A stretch of 64,000 bases of DNA from an uncultured delta proteobacterium (GTDB lineage: Bacteria; Myxococcota_A; Polyangia; Polyangiales; JAFGIB01): assembly GCA_963778655.1 (NCBI GenBank), contig CAVZVA010000010.1, positions 32,001-96,000 of the forward strand, in the 5' to 3' direction. The notes below the pieces were generated by a model. It was not told where the DNA came from, ran no database searches, and worked only from the letters and a program-made list of their open reading frames with translations. The position numbers and the translations under genes were made by a program. Of the stretch, positions 38,629 to 48,236 are shown one piece after another. The number at the start of each line of letters is the position of its first letter. Position 1 is the first letter of the stretch.

Positions 38629-39837
38629 ATGAAAGATCCAGCCGGAGCCAGTCATATCGTGACCTTGACCAGCGTGGCCGAGCTGCGCACGCCGGCCGCG
38701 GCGGCCAGCGCCGCCGCTATGCGCGACCGCGGCAACGACCAGAGCGAGGTCATAATTCGCGACCCCGCCATGCAGAGGCTGTACGCAGACGCGGCTCGCG
38801 CGGCACGAGGCCGGCTGCCGGTCCTCGTGCTCGGCGAAACCGGTGTCGGCAAAGAACACGTCGCACAGGCGGTTCATCGCGCCTCGTCGCGTGCCAACCG
38901 GCCGCTGGTCGCGGTCAATTGCGCCGCCATAGCACCGTCCCTACTCGAAAGCACGCTGTTCGGGCACGAACGGGGCGCGTTCACCAGCGCAAACCAACGT
39001 AGCATCGGCGTCTTCGAGCGCGCGTGTGGTGGAACTCTGTTTCTCGATGAGGTCGGAGAGCTGAGCGCCAGCGCCCAGAGCGCGCTGCTCCGCGCAATCG
39101 AGACCCAGAAAGTCACGCGTCTCGGGTCTGCTTCGGAGGTCGAGGTGGACGCGCACGTAATCGCCGCAACTCATTGCGATCTCGAAGCCATGGTCGACCG
39201 TGGCAGCTTCCGCCAGGACCTGTTCTTCAGGCTCAATGGGATCCGCCTCGATGTGCCGCCCCTGCGGGAGCGGCCCGACGAGATCGAGCCGCTTGCGCGA
39301 TCGTTCTTGGATCGGGCCTGTCGTGACTCGGAGCTGGCGGCGCGCGAGCTCTCCGCCGAAGCGCTGGCCGTCTTGCGGCGCTACCCCTGGCCCGGCAACG
39401 TTCGCGAGCTGCGCTACGCAATCGAGCGCGCGGCCCTGCTCGCAAGCGGCGTGCGAATCATGCCCGCTGATTTCCCGGGCTACCTGACCGGCAATCGCGT
39501 ACCGGCGGGCTGCGCGCCGGTGCTCTCGGTCCTGGACGGGGAGCTCGGGTTGAGATGCCAGCTGCGACGCTACGAACGCGCGCTGGTGGACGAAGCGCTG
39601 CGCCGCGCCGGCGGCGACCGACAAGCTGCAGCGAAGTTGTTGCGCATACCGCTGCGCACCCTGTTTCGCAAGCTGCGTGCGTATGCGCCTCCGGGTGGCG
39701 GCCGGCGGGACAGCCAAGACGAGGTCGCTTCTGCCCCTGGCAAGGCGACAAGGACACTTCAGCCCGTGTCTCCAGAACCGCTTGATCGAGCGCTCGGACG
39801 ACTATGGGACGGCCACCGGGCGCGTTCTACGCCGTAG
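38629..39837 (+). CDS. Sigma-54-dependent transcriptional activator (AAA+ + Fis-type HTH), no evident sensory domain
   Basis: GETGVGKE, VNCAAI, LFGHERGAFTSA, LFLDEVGEL, FRQDLFFRL, WPGNVREL, AAKLLRIPLRTLFRKL. Confidence 0.9.
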   Translation: MKDPAGASHIVTLTSVAELRTPAAAASAAAMRDRGNDQSEVIIRDPAMQRLYADAARAARGRLPVLVLGETGVGKEHVAQAVHRASSRANRPLVAVNCAAIAPSLLESTLFGHERGAFTSANQRSIGVFERACGGTLFLDEVGELSASAQSALLRAIETQKVTRLGSASEVEVDAHVIAATHCDLEAMVDRGSFRQDLFFRLNGIRLDVPPLRERPDEIEPLARSFLDRACRDSELAARELSAEALAVLRRYPWPGNVRELRYAIERAALLASGVRIMPADFPGYLTGNRVPAGCAPVLSVLDGELGLRCQLRRYERALVDEALRRAGGDRQAAAKLLRIPLRTLFRKLRAYAPPGGGRRDSQDEVASAPGKATRTLQPVSPEPLDRALGRLWDGHRARSTP

Positions 39838-40018
39838 GCGTCTCGGCGGCAGGTTCAATTTCTACTATCGGGCGGCCGCACGAGCGCACGATCCAGGGTT
39901 GGCACACCACGGGGGGCTTGGCTTTACGAGCCTGCGCGAAACGTTCCCTGCGAGGTCGCGGCTTCCGCGGTTGTGCCCGGGGCCTTCAGGAAGGTCTGAT
40001 TCCTTCCGTGCTTCCGCG

Positions 40019-41443
40019 TCAGCGCTCCAGGATATGGATGCACATCGCGGCTTCTTCGTTACCGAGCGCCCCGCCGCCGTTTTCGGCCAGTGCTAGCCGA
40101 ACGCCCTGTACCTGGCGCGGGCCAGCCTCGCCCCGCAGCTGCGTGACCAGCTCGTGAATCTGAGAAAGCCCGGAGGCGCCAATCGGGTGGCCGCGCGAGA
40201 GCAGGCCGCCCGACGGGTTGACCGGTAGCTTGCCGCCCAGACGGGTGTCGCCGCGCTCCGCTGCGACGCCGCCCTGCCCTTTGGGGAAGAAGCCGAGCGC
40301 TTCGGTCTGATGCAGCTCGCCGAAGGCGGTGGCATCGTGGACTTCTGCACAACCGATGTCACCGGGACCGACACTCGCCCGGTCGTAGGCGAGCTTGGCA
40401 AGCCGCCCGCCGATGTCCGGCTCGTCCGGCAGCCGGTCGTGGCCGGAGCCGAGCACCGAGGCGCGCACGCGCACCGCGCGCTGCCGCAGCCCGAAGCGGT
40501 CAACGGCATGCTCGCTCATCAAGATCGCCGCCGCAGAGCCGTCGCCGATCGGCGCGCACATCGCACGCGTCAGCGGCGGCGCGACCACACGGTCGGCCAG
40601 CACCTCTTCAGGCGTGACCTCGAAGCAATACTGCGCGTTCGGATTCATCGAGGAGTGCCAGTGGTTCTTCGAGGCGATCACCGCCAGCTGGCGCGCCGTG
40701 CTGCCGTACTTGCGCATGTGCTCGCGCGCGACGAAGGCGTAGATGTCCATGAAGGGCGAGTGATCGCCGCGGCCCCCCTTGCCGCGGCGCGAGCCGCTGC
40801 CGCCCCGACCTGCAGAGAACAGCGCCCGCAGCTGGCCGTAGCCGAGCGCCTCGCCGAGCTGGATGCCGACCACGGCTTGATCACGCAGGGTCTGCAGCCG
40901 CGCCCCAAACAGCTGGCGCGTACGCTGCTTGCGCTTGCGCGAAGCCTCGCTGGAAGGCCCGGCGTCGCGTGCGGGCGGCTCGACCGCATTGCCCTCTGCC
41001 GTGACGCGCGCAACACGTGCGGCCTCGGAGGCGGCCGCTTCGACGTCCGTTCCGGCGAGAAATCCGGCGAAGACGGCGTACTTGTTGCGCTGATAGAGCT
41101 TCTCGGCCCCGAGCGCGAGCGAGACGTCGTACAGCCCACACGCCACGTCTTTCCAGGCGCCATGCAGCGCGGTCGAGCCGCTGGCGCAGGCGTTTTCGAC
41201 GTTGGTGATCGGAATCCCGTCGATGCCGATCGGGCGCAGCGCAACCTGGCCGCGAATGCAGTGTTGGTAGCCGTTCAGGCCCCACGCCGAGTTCGAAAAC
41301 CACACTGATTGAAGCGCCTGTTTGTTCAGAGCGGCGTCCTCGAGCACGCCGTGCGCAGCTTCGGCCGCCAGCTGCTTCACGCTCAGCACCGGGTGCTTGC
41401 CGAACTTGCTGGTATAGACGCCGACGATGAATACGTCTCGCAC
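40019..41443 (-). CDS. Thiolase family protein (SCP2/SCP-x type)
   Basis: NVENACASG, KNHWHSSMNPNAQ, DGSAA, EVHDA, NPSGGLLSRGHPIGASG; GTG start after GGAGGG. Confidence 0.92.
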   Translation of the reverse strand: MRDVFIVGVYTSKFGKHPVLSVKQLAAEAAHGVLEDAALNKQALQSVWFSNSAWGLNGYQHCIRGQVALRPIGIDGIPITNVENACASGSTALHGAWKDVACGLYDVSLALGAEKLYQRNKYAVFAGFLAGTDVEAAASEAARVARVTAEGNAVEPPARDAGPSSEASRKRKQRTRQLFGARLQTLRDQAVVGIQLGEALGYGQLRALFSAGRGGSGSRRGKGGRGDHSPFMDIYAFVAREHMRKYGSTARQLAVIASKNHWHSSMNPNAQYCFEVTPEEVLADRVVAPPLTRAMCAPIGDGSAAAILMSEHAVDRFGLRQRAVRVRASVLGSGHDRLPDEPDIGGRLAKLAYDRASVGPGDIGCAEVHDATAFGELHQTEALGFFPKGQGGVAAERGDTRLGGKLPVNPSGGLLSRGHPIGASGLSQIHELVTQLRGEAGPRQVQGVRLALAENGGGALGNEEAAMCIHILER

Positions 41444-41456
41444 CGTGCCCTCCTGC

Positions 41457-43202
41457 TCACAATCCTTGCAGTCGAATCGTATGCTCACCCGCGCCGCGCC
41501 TCTTCAGCTCGGTCTTGATCACGCGGTGGGTGCCGGTTTTGGGCAGCTCGCTCAACACGTCCAGATACGCCGGTAGCGCGTACTTCGGCAGGCGCTCTTT
41601 GAGAAACGAGAGCAGCCCCTGCGGGTCGAGTGTTCGCCCGTCGACCGGGACCACGGCGATCATGATGTCGTCCTCACCCACTTCCGACGGCACGCCGAAA
41701 GCCGCGCTCTCGAGCACGTCGGGGTGACTGTCGACCACCTTTTCGACCTCGTAGGCCGAAACGTTTTCGCCGCGGCGACGCATCGAGTCGGTATTGCGGC
41801 CGACGAAGTACAAAAACCCGGCGGCGTCCTTCTGCATCAAGTCGCCGGTGTGAAGCCAGCCGTCGACCACCTTCTCGTTGCTTGCGCGCTCGTTCTTGAA
41901 GTAAAGGACCTTGGATTCGTCGCGCTGTCCGACATGCACCATCAGCTCACCCGGCTCGCCGGCGGCCGCGTCGCCGCCGTCGGCCTTGACCAGGCGCCAC
42001 TGGACCGCGCGGGACGGTCGCCCGAGCGAGCCGACCGGCGCGTTACCCATGTTGAAGATGGTGACGCCGGCGCCATCGACCGCACCGTAGGCCTCCCACA
42101 GCGTGACGCCGAAGCGCCGCTCGAACGCTTCCCAGGCGTCCTTGGGACAAGCCGCGCTGATCACGCGTTTGACCTGGTGCGCCCGGTCGAACGGCGTCGG
42201 CGGCGTCTTGAGCAGGATCGGAATCATACCCCCGACGGTATTGAACTGGGTCGCGCCGCACTGCGCGAGCTCTTGCCAGAAGCGCGAGGCGCTGAAGCGC
42301 TTGCCCAGAACCAGCGGGATACCCAGCCACAGCGACTGCATCACGCTCAAGAGCAGTGCATTGGCGTGCACCAGCGGCAAGCAGGTGTAGAGCTTGTCGC
42401 TCGGCTCGTAGACGAGGTTGGCCAGCAAGCCGATGCTTTTGACACGCAGATTGCCGTACGGGCTCACCACCGCCTTCGGCAGCCCGGTCGTGCCTGAGGT
42501 GTAGAGCAGCAGGCTCGGTGCGCCGAGTGTCGGCTGTACGCCGAGATTTTCGCCGTCCTCTTCCCGCGCGTGGCAAAGCTCGTCGAACGGACGCATGCCG
42601 GCGGGCAGCTGAAAGTCATCGGGCGCCTCCGCCGCGTTCACCCAGATCTGTGCAATGCGCGGCAGGCGCTCGCGCACGACAACGATCTGCGCCGCAGTCA
42701 CGTGATCGCATACCACCGCAACCGACTCCGAGTGGTTCAGAATGTACTGTAGCCCCTCACCGACCAGCGCTGTGTTGACCGGCACGGCGTAGGCACCGAG
42801 CTTCTGGATCGCGAAGAACGTGTCCAGGAAGCGCGGGTGGTTGGATAGCATCAGCACCACACCCTGGTCGCGCCGAATGCCGGCGGCACGCAGGTTGCGC
42901 GCGATCCGGTTGGCGCGGCGGTTGTGCTCCTCGAAGGTGATGCGCTCGCTGCCGTACTCGAGGGCGGTGCGTGTCCCGTAGCGTTCGGCAGCCCACTCCA
43001 AGAGCTCGGCAAACGTGAAGTCGCGAGCGAAGCTCGGCGCACGCTGCGAAACGATCAGCGAAAGCGTGCGGGCGAGGGTCCCCTCGCGACGCTCGACGCG
43101 GATCAAGTGCCGCGCCACGCGCAGCGCGCCGCGCCGGAGGTCCTTACGCGACTGCTTGAGGCGAGCCGGGTCGATCACCGCGGTGCCCTCACCGACCGTC
43201 AT
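41457..43202 (-). CDS. Acyl-CoA ligase (CaiC-like AMP-binding protein)
   Basis: YTSGTTGLPK, EAYG, WLHTGD, RRRGENVSAYEVE, LPKTGT. Confidence 0.93.
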   Translation of the reverse strand: MTVGEGTAVIDPARLKQSRKDLRRGALRVARHLIRVERREGTLARTLSLIVSQRAPSFARDFTFAELLEWAAERYGTRTALEYGSERITFEEHNRRANRIARNLRAAGIRRDQGVVLMLSNHPRFLDTFFAIQKLGAYAVPVNTALVGEGLQYILNHSESVAVVCDHVTAAQIVVVRERLPRIAQIWVNAAEAPDDFQLPAGMRPFDELCHAREEDGENLGVQPTLGAPSLLLYTSGTTGLPKAVVSPYGNLRVKSIGLLANLVYEPSDKLYTCLPLVHANALLLSVMQSLWLGIPLVLGKRFSASRFWQELAQCGATQFNTVGGMIPILLKTPPTPFDRAHQVKRVISAACPKDAWEAFERRFGVTLWEAYGAVDGAGVTIFNMGNAPVGSLGRPSRAVQWRLVKADGGDAAAGEPGELMVHVGQRDESKVLYFKNERASNEKVVDGWLHTGDLMQKDAAGFLYFVGRNTDSMRRRGENVSAYEVEKVVDSHPDVLESAAFGVPSEVGEDDIMIAVVPVDGRTLDPQGLLSFLKERLPKYALPAYLDVLSELPKTGTHRVIKTELKRRGAGEHTIRLQGL

Positions 43203-44773
43203 CAGCCGCCCCGCCTGGTCAGAAGCCCGCGCGCCACGTGCAGCCGGTTGATCTGGTTGGTGCCTTCGAATATCTGCCCGAGCTTGGCGTCACGCATGCA
43301 CTTCTCAACGCCCCACTGTGGATCGTTGGCGTCCGGGCCCAAGATCTCCATCGCCTGCATCGCCGTGCGTACGGACAAGTCGCTGCAGGCGAACTTCGCG
43401 ATCGACGAGTGCGCCACCAAACGTTGCAGCACGTCGGGGCCAGTCAGGCGGTCGACCAGCGCCTGCGAGCGACCGAGCGAAAGGGCTTTGTCGACGAGCG
43501 CTCGGTAGCCCTGCGAGCGCGCGACCCAGCCGGGGATCTTGCTCGGCATCCCACGCAATGCGGCGCCTATGCCGAAGTAGTCGACGGCCAACGCGGCGTC
43601 GGTGTACAGCCCGCGGCCGGCCTGCAATGCCGCCAGCATCTCCCCCAGCCGCAGCTGCACGTGTTGCTGCTCGAACAACCACTGGCCGCGCACGCGCTTG
43701 TGCTGCAAGTAGCGTAGCGTGCGCTCGAGCGTACCGCGCACGATGCCGGTCGCCATCGCGCCGACCGGACCTCGCGTCAACACCAGCGTACCGTCGATAG
43801 TGCGGCCGCCGTCGTTCATGCGCACTGCGTCGCGTTCGGGCACGAACACGTCCTCGCACACCACCTCGGCCGCGGTCGAAAGACGCTGGCCGAGCTTGTG
43901 CTCGATGCGTCCGATCGACAACCCCGGTGCGCCCTTCGGCACCAGAAACGAGCGCATCGTCTGCAGCGGGCGGTGCAGGTCCTCGAAGGCCGTCACCACG
44001 CTGTAGTGGGCGACCGAGCCGTTGGAGATGAAGACCTTGCGTGCGTTGAGCCGGTAACCGCCGGGCACACGGGTGAATCGCGAGCCGACCTTGGCTCGCC
44101 CGATGTCGTCCACGTCCTCGACGTCGCTGCCTCCGCCTGGCTCGGTGTGCGCGAGCGCGAGTACCATCGGCTCGCCACGGCTTTCGGCCGCGATCAGCTC
44201 GCCGGCCAGGCGGTTGAGCATACGCATATCGCCCGAGGCGATGATCAGCGACAGCGCCAGAGCGTGCGCGCCGAACAGCACGAACACTCCCGCGTCGGCG
44301 GCAGCGATCTCCTCGGCAAACAGCGCGGTGGGCATTGAACCAAGGCCCATTCCGCCCAGCACCCCCGGGATGTTGAGGCTGTAGAAGCGGTAGGGCACCG
44401 CCGCTTGGAGCACGGGCCACGGAATCAGGTCGTGGTCGTTGCCAATGCGCTCGTCCCAGTCCTCGACGCGCCCGAGTAGTTCCTGCTCGGCGAACGCGCG
44501 CGTCAACCGGCAGGTCCGTTGGCACTGCTCGTAGACACCGGCGTTCGCGGCACGCAAGAGCGGCGCGATCGGCCGGTGCTCGAAGTCGCGCAGCGCGTAG
44601 TCGAGCTCGAAGGGGTCCAGACGCTCGCCGCGGGCGACCTTTGCACTCGAGGCCAGCTGAGGTGTGCGGTCGCTTGCCGCCCCGACCGCGGCGGGCGCGT
44701 GCGTAGACTCCTGTGCCGCGCGCCCGGGATGGGTCGGAGGCGATCTCTTTGGGCTAGGTTGTTCGTGCAGCAT
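43202..44773 (-). CDS. Acyl-CoA dehydrogenase (long subunit)
   Basis: LAHTEPGGGSD, KVFISNG, HKLGQR, EKCMRDAKLGQIFEGTNQI. Confidence 0.92.
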   Translation of the reverse strand: MLHEQPSPKRSPPTHPGRAAQESTHAPAAVGAASDRTPQLASSAKVARGERLDPFELDYALRDFEHRPIAPLLRAANAGVYEQCQRTCRLTRAFAEQELLGRVEDWDERIGNDHDLIPWPVLQAAVPYRFYSLNIPGVLGGMGLGSMPTALFAEEIAAADAGVFVLFGAHALALSLIIASGDMRMLNRLAGELIAAESRGEPMVLALAHTEPGGGSDVEDVDDIGRAKVGSRFTRVPGGYRLNARKVFISNGSVAHYSVVTAFEDLHRPLQTMRSFLVPKGAPGLSIGRIEHKLGQRLSTAAEVVCEDVFVPERDAVRMNDGGRTIDGTLVLTRGPVGAMATGIVRGTLERTLRYLQHKRVRGQWLFEQQHVQLRLGEMLAALQAGRGLYTDAALAVDYFGIGAALRGMPSKIPGWVARSQGYRALVDKALSLGRSQALVDRLTGPDVLQRLVAHSSIAKFACSDLSVRTAMQAMEILGPDANDPQWGVEKCMRDAKLGQIFEGTNQINRLHVARGLLTRRGG

Positions 44774-44785
44774 CGGGTTGGCTCC

Positions 44786-45850
44786 TCAGCTCGCCATGCG
44801 GGCGATGTCGATGCGCGCGATCGCTCGGCGACGGTCGGCCGCATGAATCCAAAACGTCTCCAGAGTGTTGGCGTCGCGCAAATAGCGCTCCACCCGGTAG
44901 TCGCGCATGTAGCCATAGCCGCCCAACGTCTGCACGGCGTCCAGGCCCGCCTGACGACCAAGCTCGATCGCGAACGCGCTTGCTCCCCCGTCGCCTGGGG
45001 GCTGCCGCCGCAACGCGCTGTGCGCCAGCGCGGGCAGCACGCGCCGGCACAGGGCGATAGGGCCGAGCAGCTCCTGCACCGCGTCGTGCTCGTGGATCAT
45101 CTTGCCGCCCTGGTAACGTTGCAGCGCGTAGCTCGCGGCGCGCTCCCACAGCTCCTCATTGAGCCCGCTCAAGAGCGAGGTCAGCAGCCCGTCCGCGAGC
45201 GCGGCGCTCTTGCCCGCGCTCGGCCAGGGGAAGCACTGGTCCATGGGCAGCGCGACCGAATCGAGCGTCAACGTGCCGAACGGTAGCAGCGTCAAGCCAT
45301 GACTCGAAGCCAGCGGCGAGAACGACACACCCGGCGCGCCGGCCTCGAGCACGCACAGCTGCAAGCCGCGCACCGAGCACGCGGGCACGAGCAGCCAGTG
45401 GGGGTGCGGCCACAGCACGCGCGCCTGCCCGTGCAGCAACGCCGGCTCATCGCCCGACAGCTCGAAGCCCGATTCGGGCAGGGCATCGAGCGGCGAGGCC
45501 ACCAGCGTCATACGCGCCTCCGACACCACGCCGGCGAGCGCCGGCGGCAGCGTTGGCGCTGCGCTCTCGCACAACAACGCGTGGGCGCAGACGTGCGCGA
45601 TCAGCGCCGCAGCCAGCGAGGGGCAGGCAGCACCCAGTGCGCTCAAGATCTCGAACTGATCGTCGGGCTCGAGCGCGAGACCACCGTGCCGCTCGAGCAG
45701 ACCGAAGCCGGTCAATCCCACCTCCGACAAGCTCCTCCACAGACTCCGAAAGCGCTCGCGGTCGGCCAGCTCGAGCGCCTCCCAGGCGGGCTCGATCTCT
45801 CGGCGCCGGAAGGCGCGCAGTGTGTCACGGAGCATATTGTCGGTGCTCAT
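44786..45850 (-). CDS. Acyl-CoA dehydrogenase-like protein (short/degenerate subunit)
   Basis: YALQRYQGGKMI, AVQTLGGYGYMRDYRVERYLRDA; lacks the TEPxxGSD and EGT motifs. Confidence 0.85.
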   Translation of the reverse strand: MSTDNMLRDTLRAFRRREIEPAWEALELADRERFRSLWRSLSEVGLTGFGLLERHGGLALEPDDQFEILSALGAACPSLAAALIAHVCAHALLCESAAPTLPPALAGVVSEARMTLVASPLDALPESGFELSGDEPALLHGQARVLWPHPHWLLVPACSVRGLQLCVLEAGAPGVSFSPLASSHGLTLLPFGTLTLDSVALPMDQCFPWPSAGKSAALADGLLTSLLSGLNEELWERAASYALQRYQGGKMIHEHDAVQELLGPIALCRRVLPALAHSALRRQPPGDGGASAFAIELGRQAGLDAVQTLGGYGYMRDYRVERYLRDANTLETFWIHAADRRRAIARIDIARMAS

Positions 45851-45863
45851 GTCGATCGCCCCG

Positions 45864-47012
45864 TCATGCCGGTTGGAGGTTGGGCTGCGCGGCGTTGAAT
45901 GTCCGTGCGCCCTCGCCGGTCGAGACGCGGGCGGTCGTGCCGATCTCTTCCAGTCGCTGCAGCAGGTGACGCGCGCCCAGCGTCTGCGCCAGCGACACGT
46001 AGCCAAAGCGGCGCGCGTGACCGGCGAGCAGCTCCTGGGCGCCCATCGCGGCCATGAACCCGGTAAAGAGGTAGGGTGAGTCGCCGTCGAGCTGCACCTG
46101 CACGCGCGCGGCACGCCCGGTACCTTTGGCGAGCACGACGAAGCGACTGGCGGATCGATCTTCGCGCGGGGGGTCTTGCTTCCAGCGCAACACCGCGGCA
46201 TCGCTCCAAGCGTCGACCGTGTCGCCGTCGACGAAGCGACCGAGCAGACGGTTGGCGGTCAAGCTCCAAAGCCGAAAGACACCCGCGGCGCGCACCAGGG
46301 TGTCCGAGGCAAAATACGTCTTGCAGTTGTGAACGCGCGCGTCGCCGGCAAAGAAGCTGGCCTCACCCGCGCCCACGCACAGTGCTCCCACCCGGCCGCG
46401 ACCGGGAACCTCGACCTGGTGCACCTCTGTCGGATCGACCGCGACCCGCTGGCCGTCCTGCAACACTTCGCTCCGGCGTCGCACGCTGCGCATCATCGAC
46501 TGCAGCGAGGCCACGGTCTGGAGCGAAGGCGGTGCATAGATGACTTCGATCGTGTCGATGCCCGGCGTCTCCAGGCACAGCTGGGCCGCGGCGGTACCCG
46601 GACCCCAGAGGAACGCCGAAGACAGGCCGAGCACCAGCTTCTGCTGCGCAAAGCGGGCGTCGTAGTCGCGCCGTACGTCGAACATGAAATCCTGCTCGCC
46701 GGTGATATCGAGGTAATGCACGCCGGCGGCCAGTGCCGCTCGCACCACCGGCAGCCCCAGCAGTGAGAACGGTCCCGATGTGTTGATCACCACGCGCGTG
46801 CCTGACAGCAGCTCGCTCAGCGCGTCCTGCTCGTGTGGTACGGCGATCGTCTGACAGACGGCGCCGCTGGCCGACAGCTCCCTCGCCACGGCGTCCAGCC
46901 GGTCGTGACTACGGCCGGCGGCAATGAACGGAATCCCGAAGCGGGTCAGGGCTTCGCAGGTCAGGCGACCGGTGTAACCGCTTGCGCCATAGACGACGAC
47001 GGGTTGCTTCAT
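45864..47012 (-). CDS. Saccharopine-dehydrogenase-like / trans-acting enoyl reductase family oxidoreductase
   Basis: VVVYGASGYTG, AAGRS, VINTSGPFSLLGLPVV, HYLDITGEQ. Confidence 0.88.
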   Translation of the reverse strand: MKQPVVVYGASGYTGRLTCEALTRFGIPFIAAGRSHDRLDAVARELSASGAVCQTIAVPHEQDALSELLSGTRVVINTSGPFSLLGLPVVRAALAAGVHYLDITGEQDFMFDVRRDYDARFAQQKLVLGLSSAFLWGPGTAAAQLCLETPGIDTIEVIYAPPSLQTVASLQSMMRSVRRRSEVLQDGQRVAVDPTEVHQVEVPGRGRVGALCVGAGEASFFAGDARVHNCKTYFASDTLVRAAGVFRLWSLTANRLLGRFVDGDTVDAWSDAAVLRWKQDPPREDRSASRFVVLAKGTGRAARVQVQLDGDSPYLFTGFMAAMGAQELLAGHARRFGYVSLAQTLGARHLLQRLEEIGTTARVSTGEGARTFNAAQPNLQPA

Positions 47013-47098
47013 GGGGAGGACTCCTTGTCGGGATCGGAGGTTCGACCGGCATCGCGTGCAGGCATCGGCCCGCGGGCCTGTTGCTTGCGCGCGCTCTG

Positions 47099-47137
47099 CT
47101 ATTGAACCATTGTTAATAGCAATTGAGACACGTTCAA
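47099..47137. promoter_or_regulatory. Tandem TTGA-N7-TYAA sites, putative TetR operators
   Basis: TTGAACCATTGTTAA (47102) and TTGAGACACGTTCAA (47123), 21 bp apart in an AT-rich patch between divergent genes. Confidence 0.5.
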
Positions 47138-47331
47138 CAAGAGTCTGCTGGAGCTCGATCTCCCAGTTGCGCCAGGCCAAGCCAGGCGCACAGCGGGAGC
47201 CGGGGCCGGCTTGGGCAGGCCGCGAGGCTGCCGCCGCCGAGCGCTTGCAAGCACTTGAAATCAGACCATAATCAGCGTCGCCCTCGGGACCCCGGGGCAC
47301 TGGTGGCGGCGAACCGGACGGCGGGTGTCGT

Positions 47332-48141
47332 ATGAGGTCTGGCCAACTAGGCGGAGCCGGCGCGCGAGGCCTCGCGAACGCACGCAAGGCGCGCGCCAAG
47401 GCCACTCAGGAGAAAGGCGCCGGATCCTCCGGCGATCGGCGCAAGGCAAGCCCCGGCAAGCCGAAGCCCTCCACGACGGCCAGCGCGGCGCCGCGGCGAC
47501 TGCCGCCGGAGGCGCGGCGCGCGCAGATCCTGCAGGTGGCCGCCGCGCTATTTGTCGAGCGCCCCTACGACGCGATCGGCATCGCCGACGTCGCCAACGG
47601 CGCGGGCATCACGCAGGGCCTGCTGTACCACTACTTCGAGAGCAAGGAGCGACTGTTCGCCGCTGCGGTCGAGGCCAGTGCGCGAGAGCTGTTGCGCGCC
47701 TGCCTGCCGGACCAGAGCCTGCCATTGCCCGAGCAATTCGAGCTCGGTGTACGCGGCTATCTCGACTTCGTCGAGGCGCACCGGGTCGCCTACTCGAACC
47801 TCTTTCACGGACCGGCGGCGACCGAGCCCGAGCTGCAGCGCGTCGCCGATGGCACACGCCAGGCGATCATCGAGCACGTGGTCGGCGTGATGGGCCTGTC
47901 CGAGCACGAGATCCCCGCCACGCGCCTATCGCTGCGCGGCTACATCGGCTACGCCGAAAGCGCGATCCTGCAGTGGGTCGACACCGAAAGCGTGCCGCGC
48001 GCCACGTTGGAGCGGCTGATCTTCGCCGTTATCATCACCGCGCTACGCATGGGGCTGCAGAGCGACCCGGACGTGCCGCTGCGCCCGGACGAGCTGGCCG
48101 AGTTCGAACACGCCTACAAGCGGCACTTCCACCTGCCGTAG
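47332..48141 (+). CDS. TetR/AcrR family transcriptional regulator
   Basis: RRAQILQVAAALF..IADVANGAGITQGLLYHYFESKERLF. Confidence 0.92.
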   Translation: MRSGQLGGAGARGLANARKARAKATQEKGAGSSGDRRKASPGKPKPSTTASAAPRRLPPEARRAQILQVAAALFVERPYDAIGIADVANGAGITQGLLYHYFESKERLFAAAVEASARELLRACLPDQSLPLPEQFELGVRGYLDFVEAHRVAYSNLFHGPAATEPELQRVADGTRQAIIEHVVGVMGLSEHEIPATRLSLRGYIGYAESAILQWVDTESVPRATLERLIFAVIITALRMGLQSDPDVPLRPDELAEFEHAYKRHFHLP

Positions 48142-48236
48142 CGTGCGCGGGTCAGCACACCCATCTCGAAAGCGTTCGTGATGTTGCCGCGCGCCGAGGC
48201 GCCTGACGCGAGCGCCGCGACGCGTAACGGTGAGAC

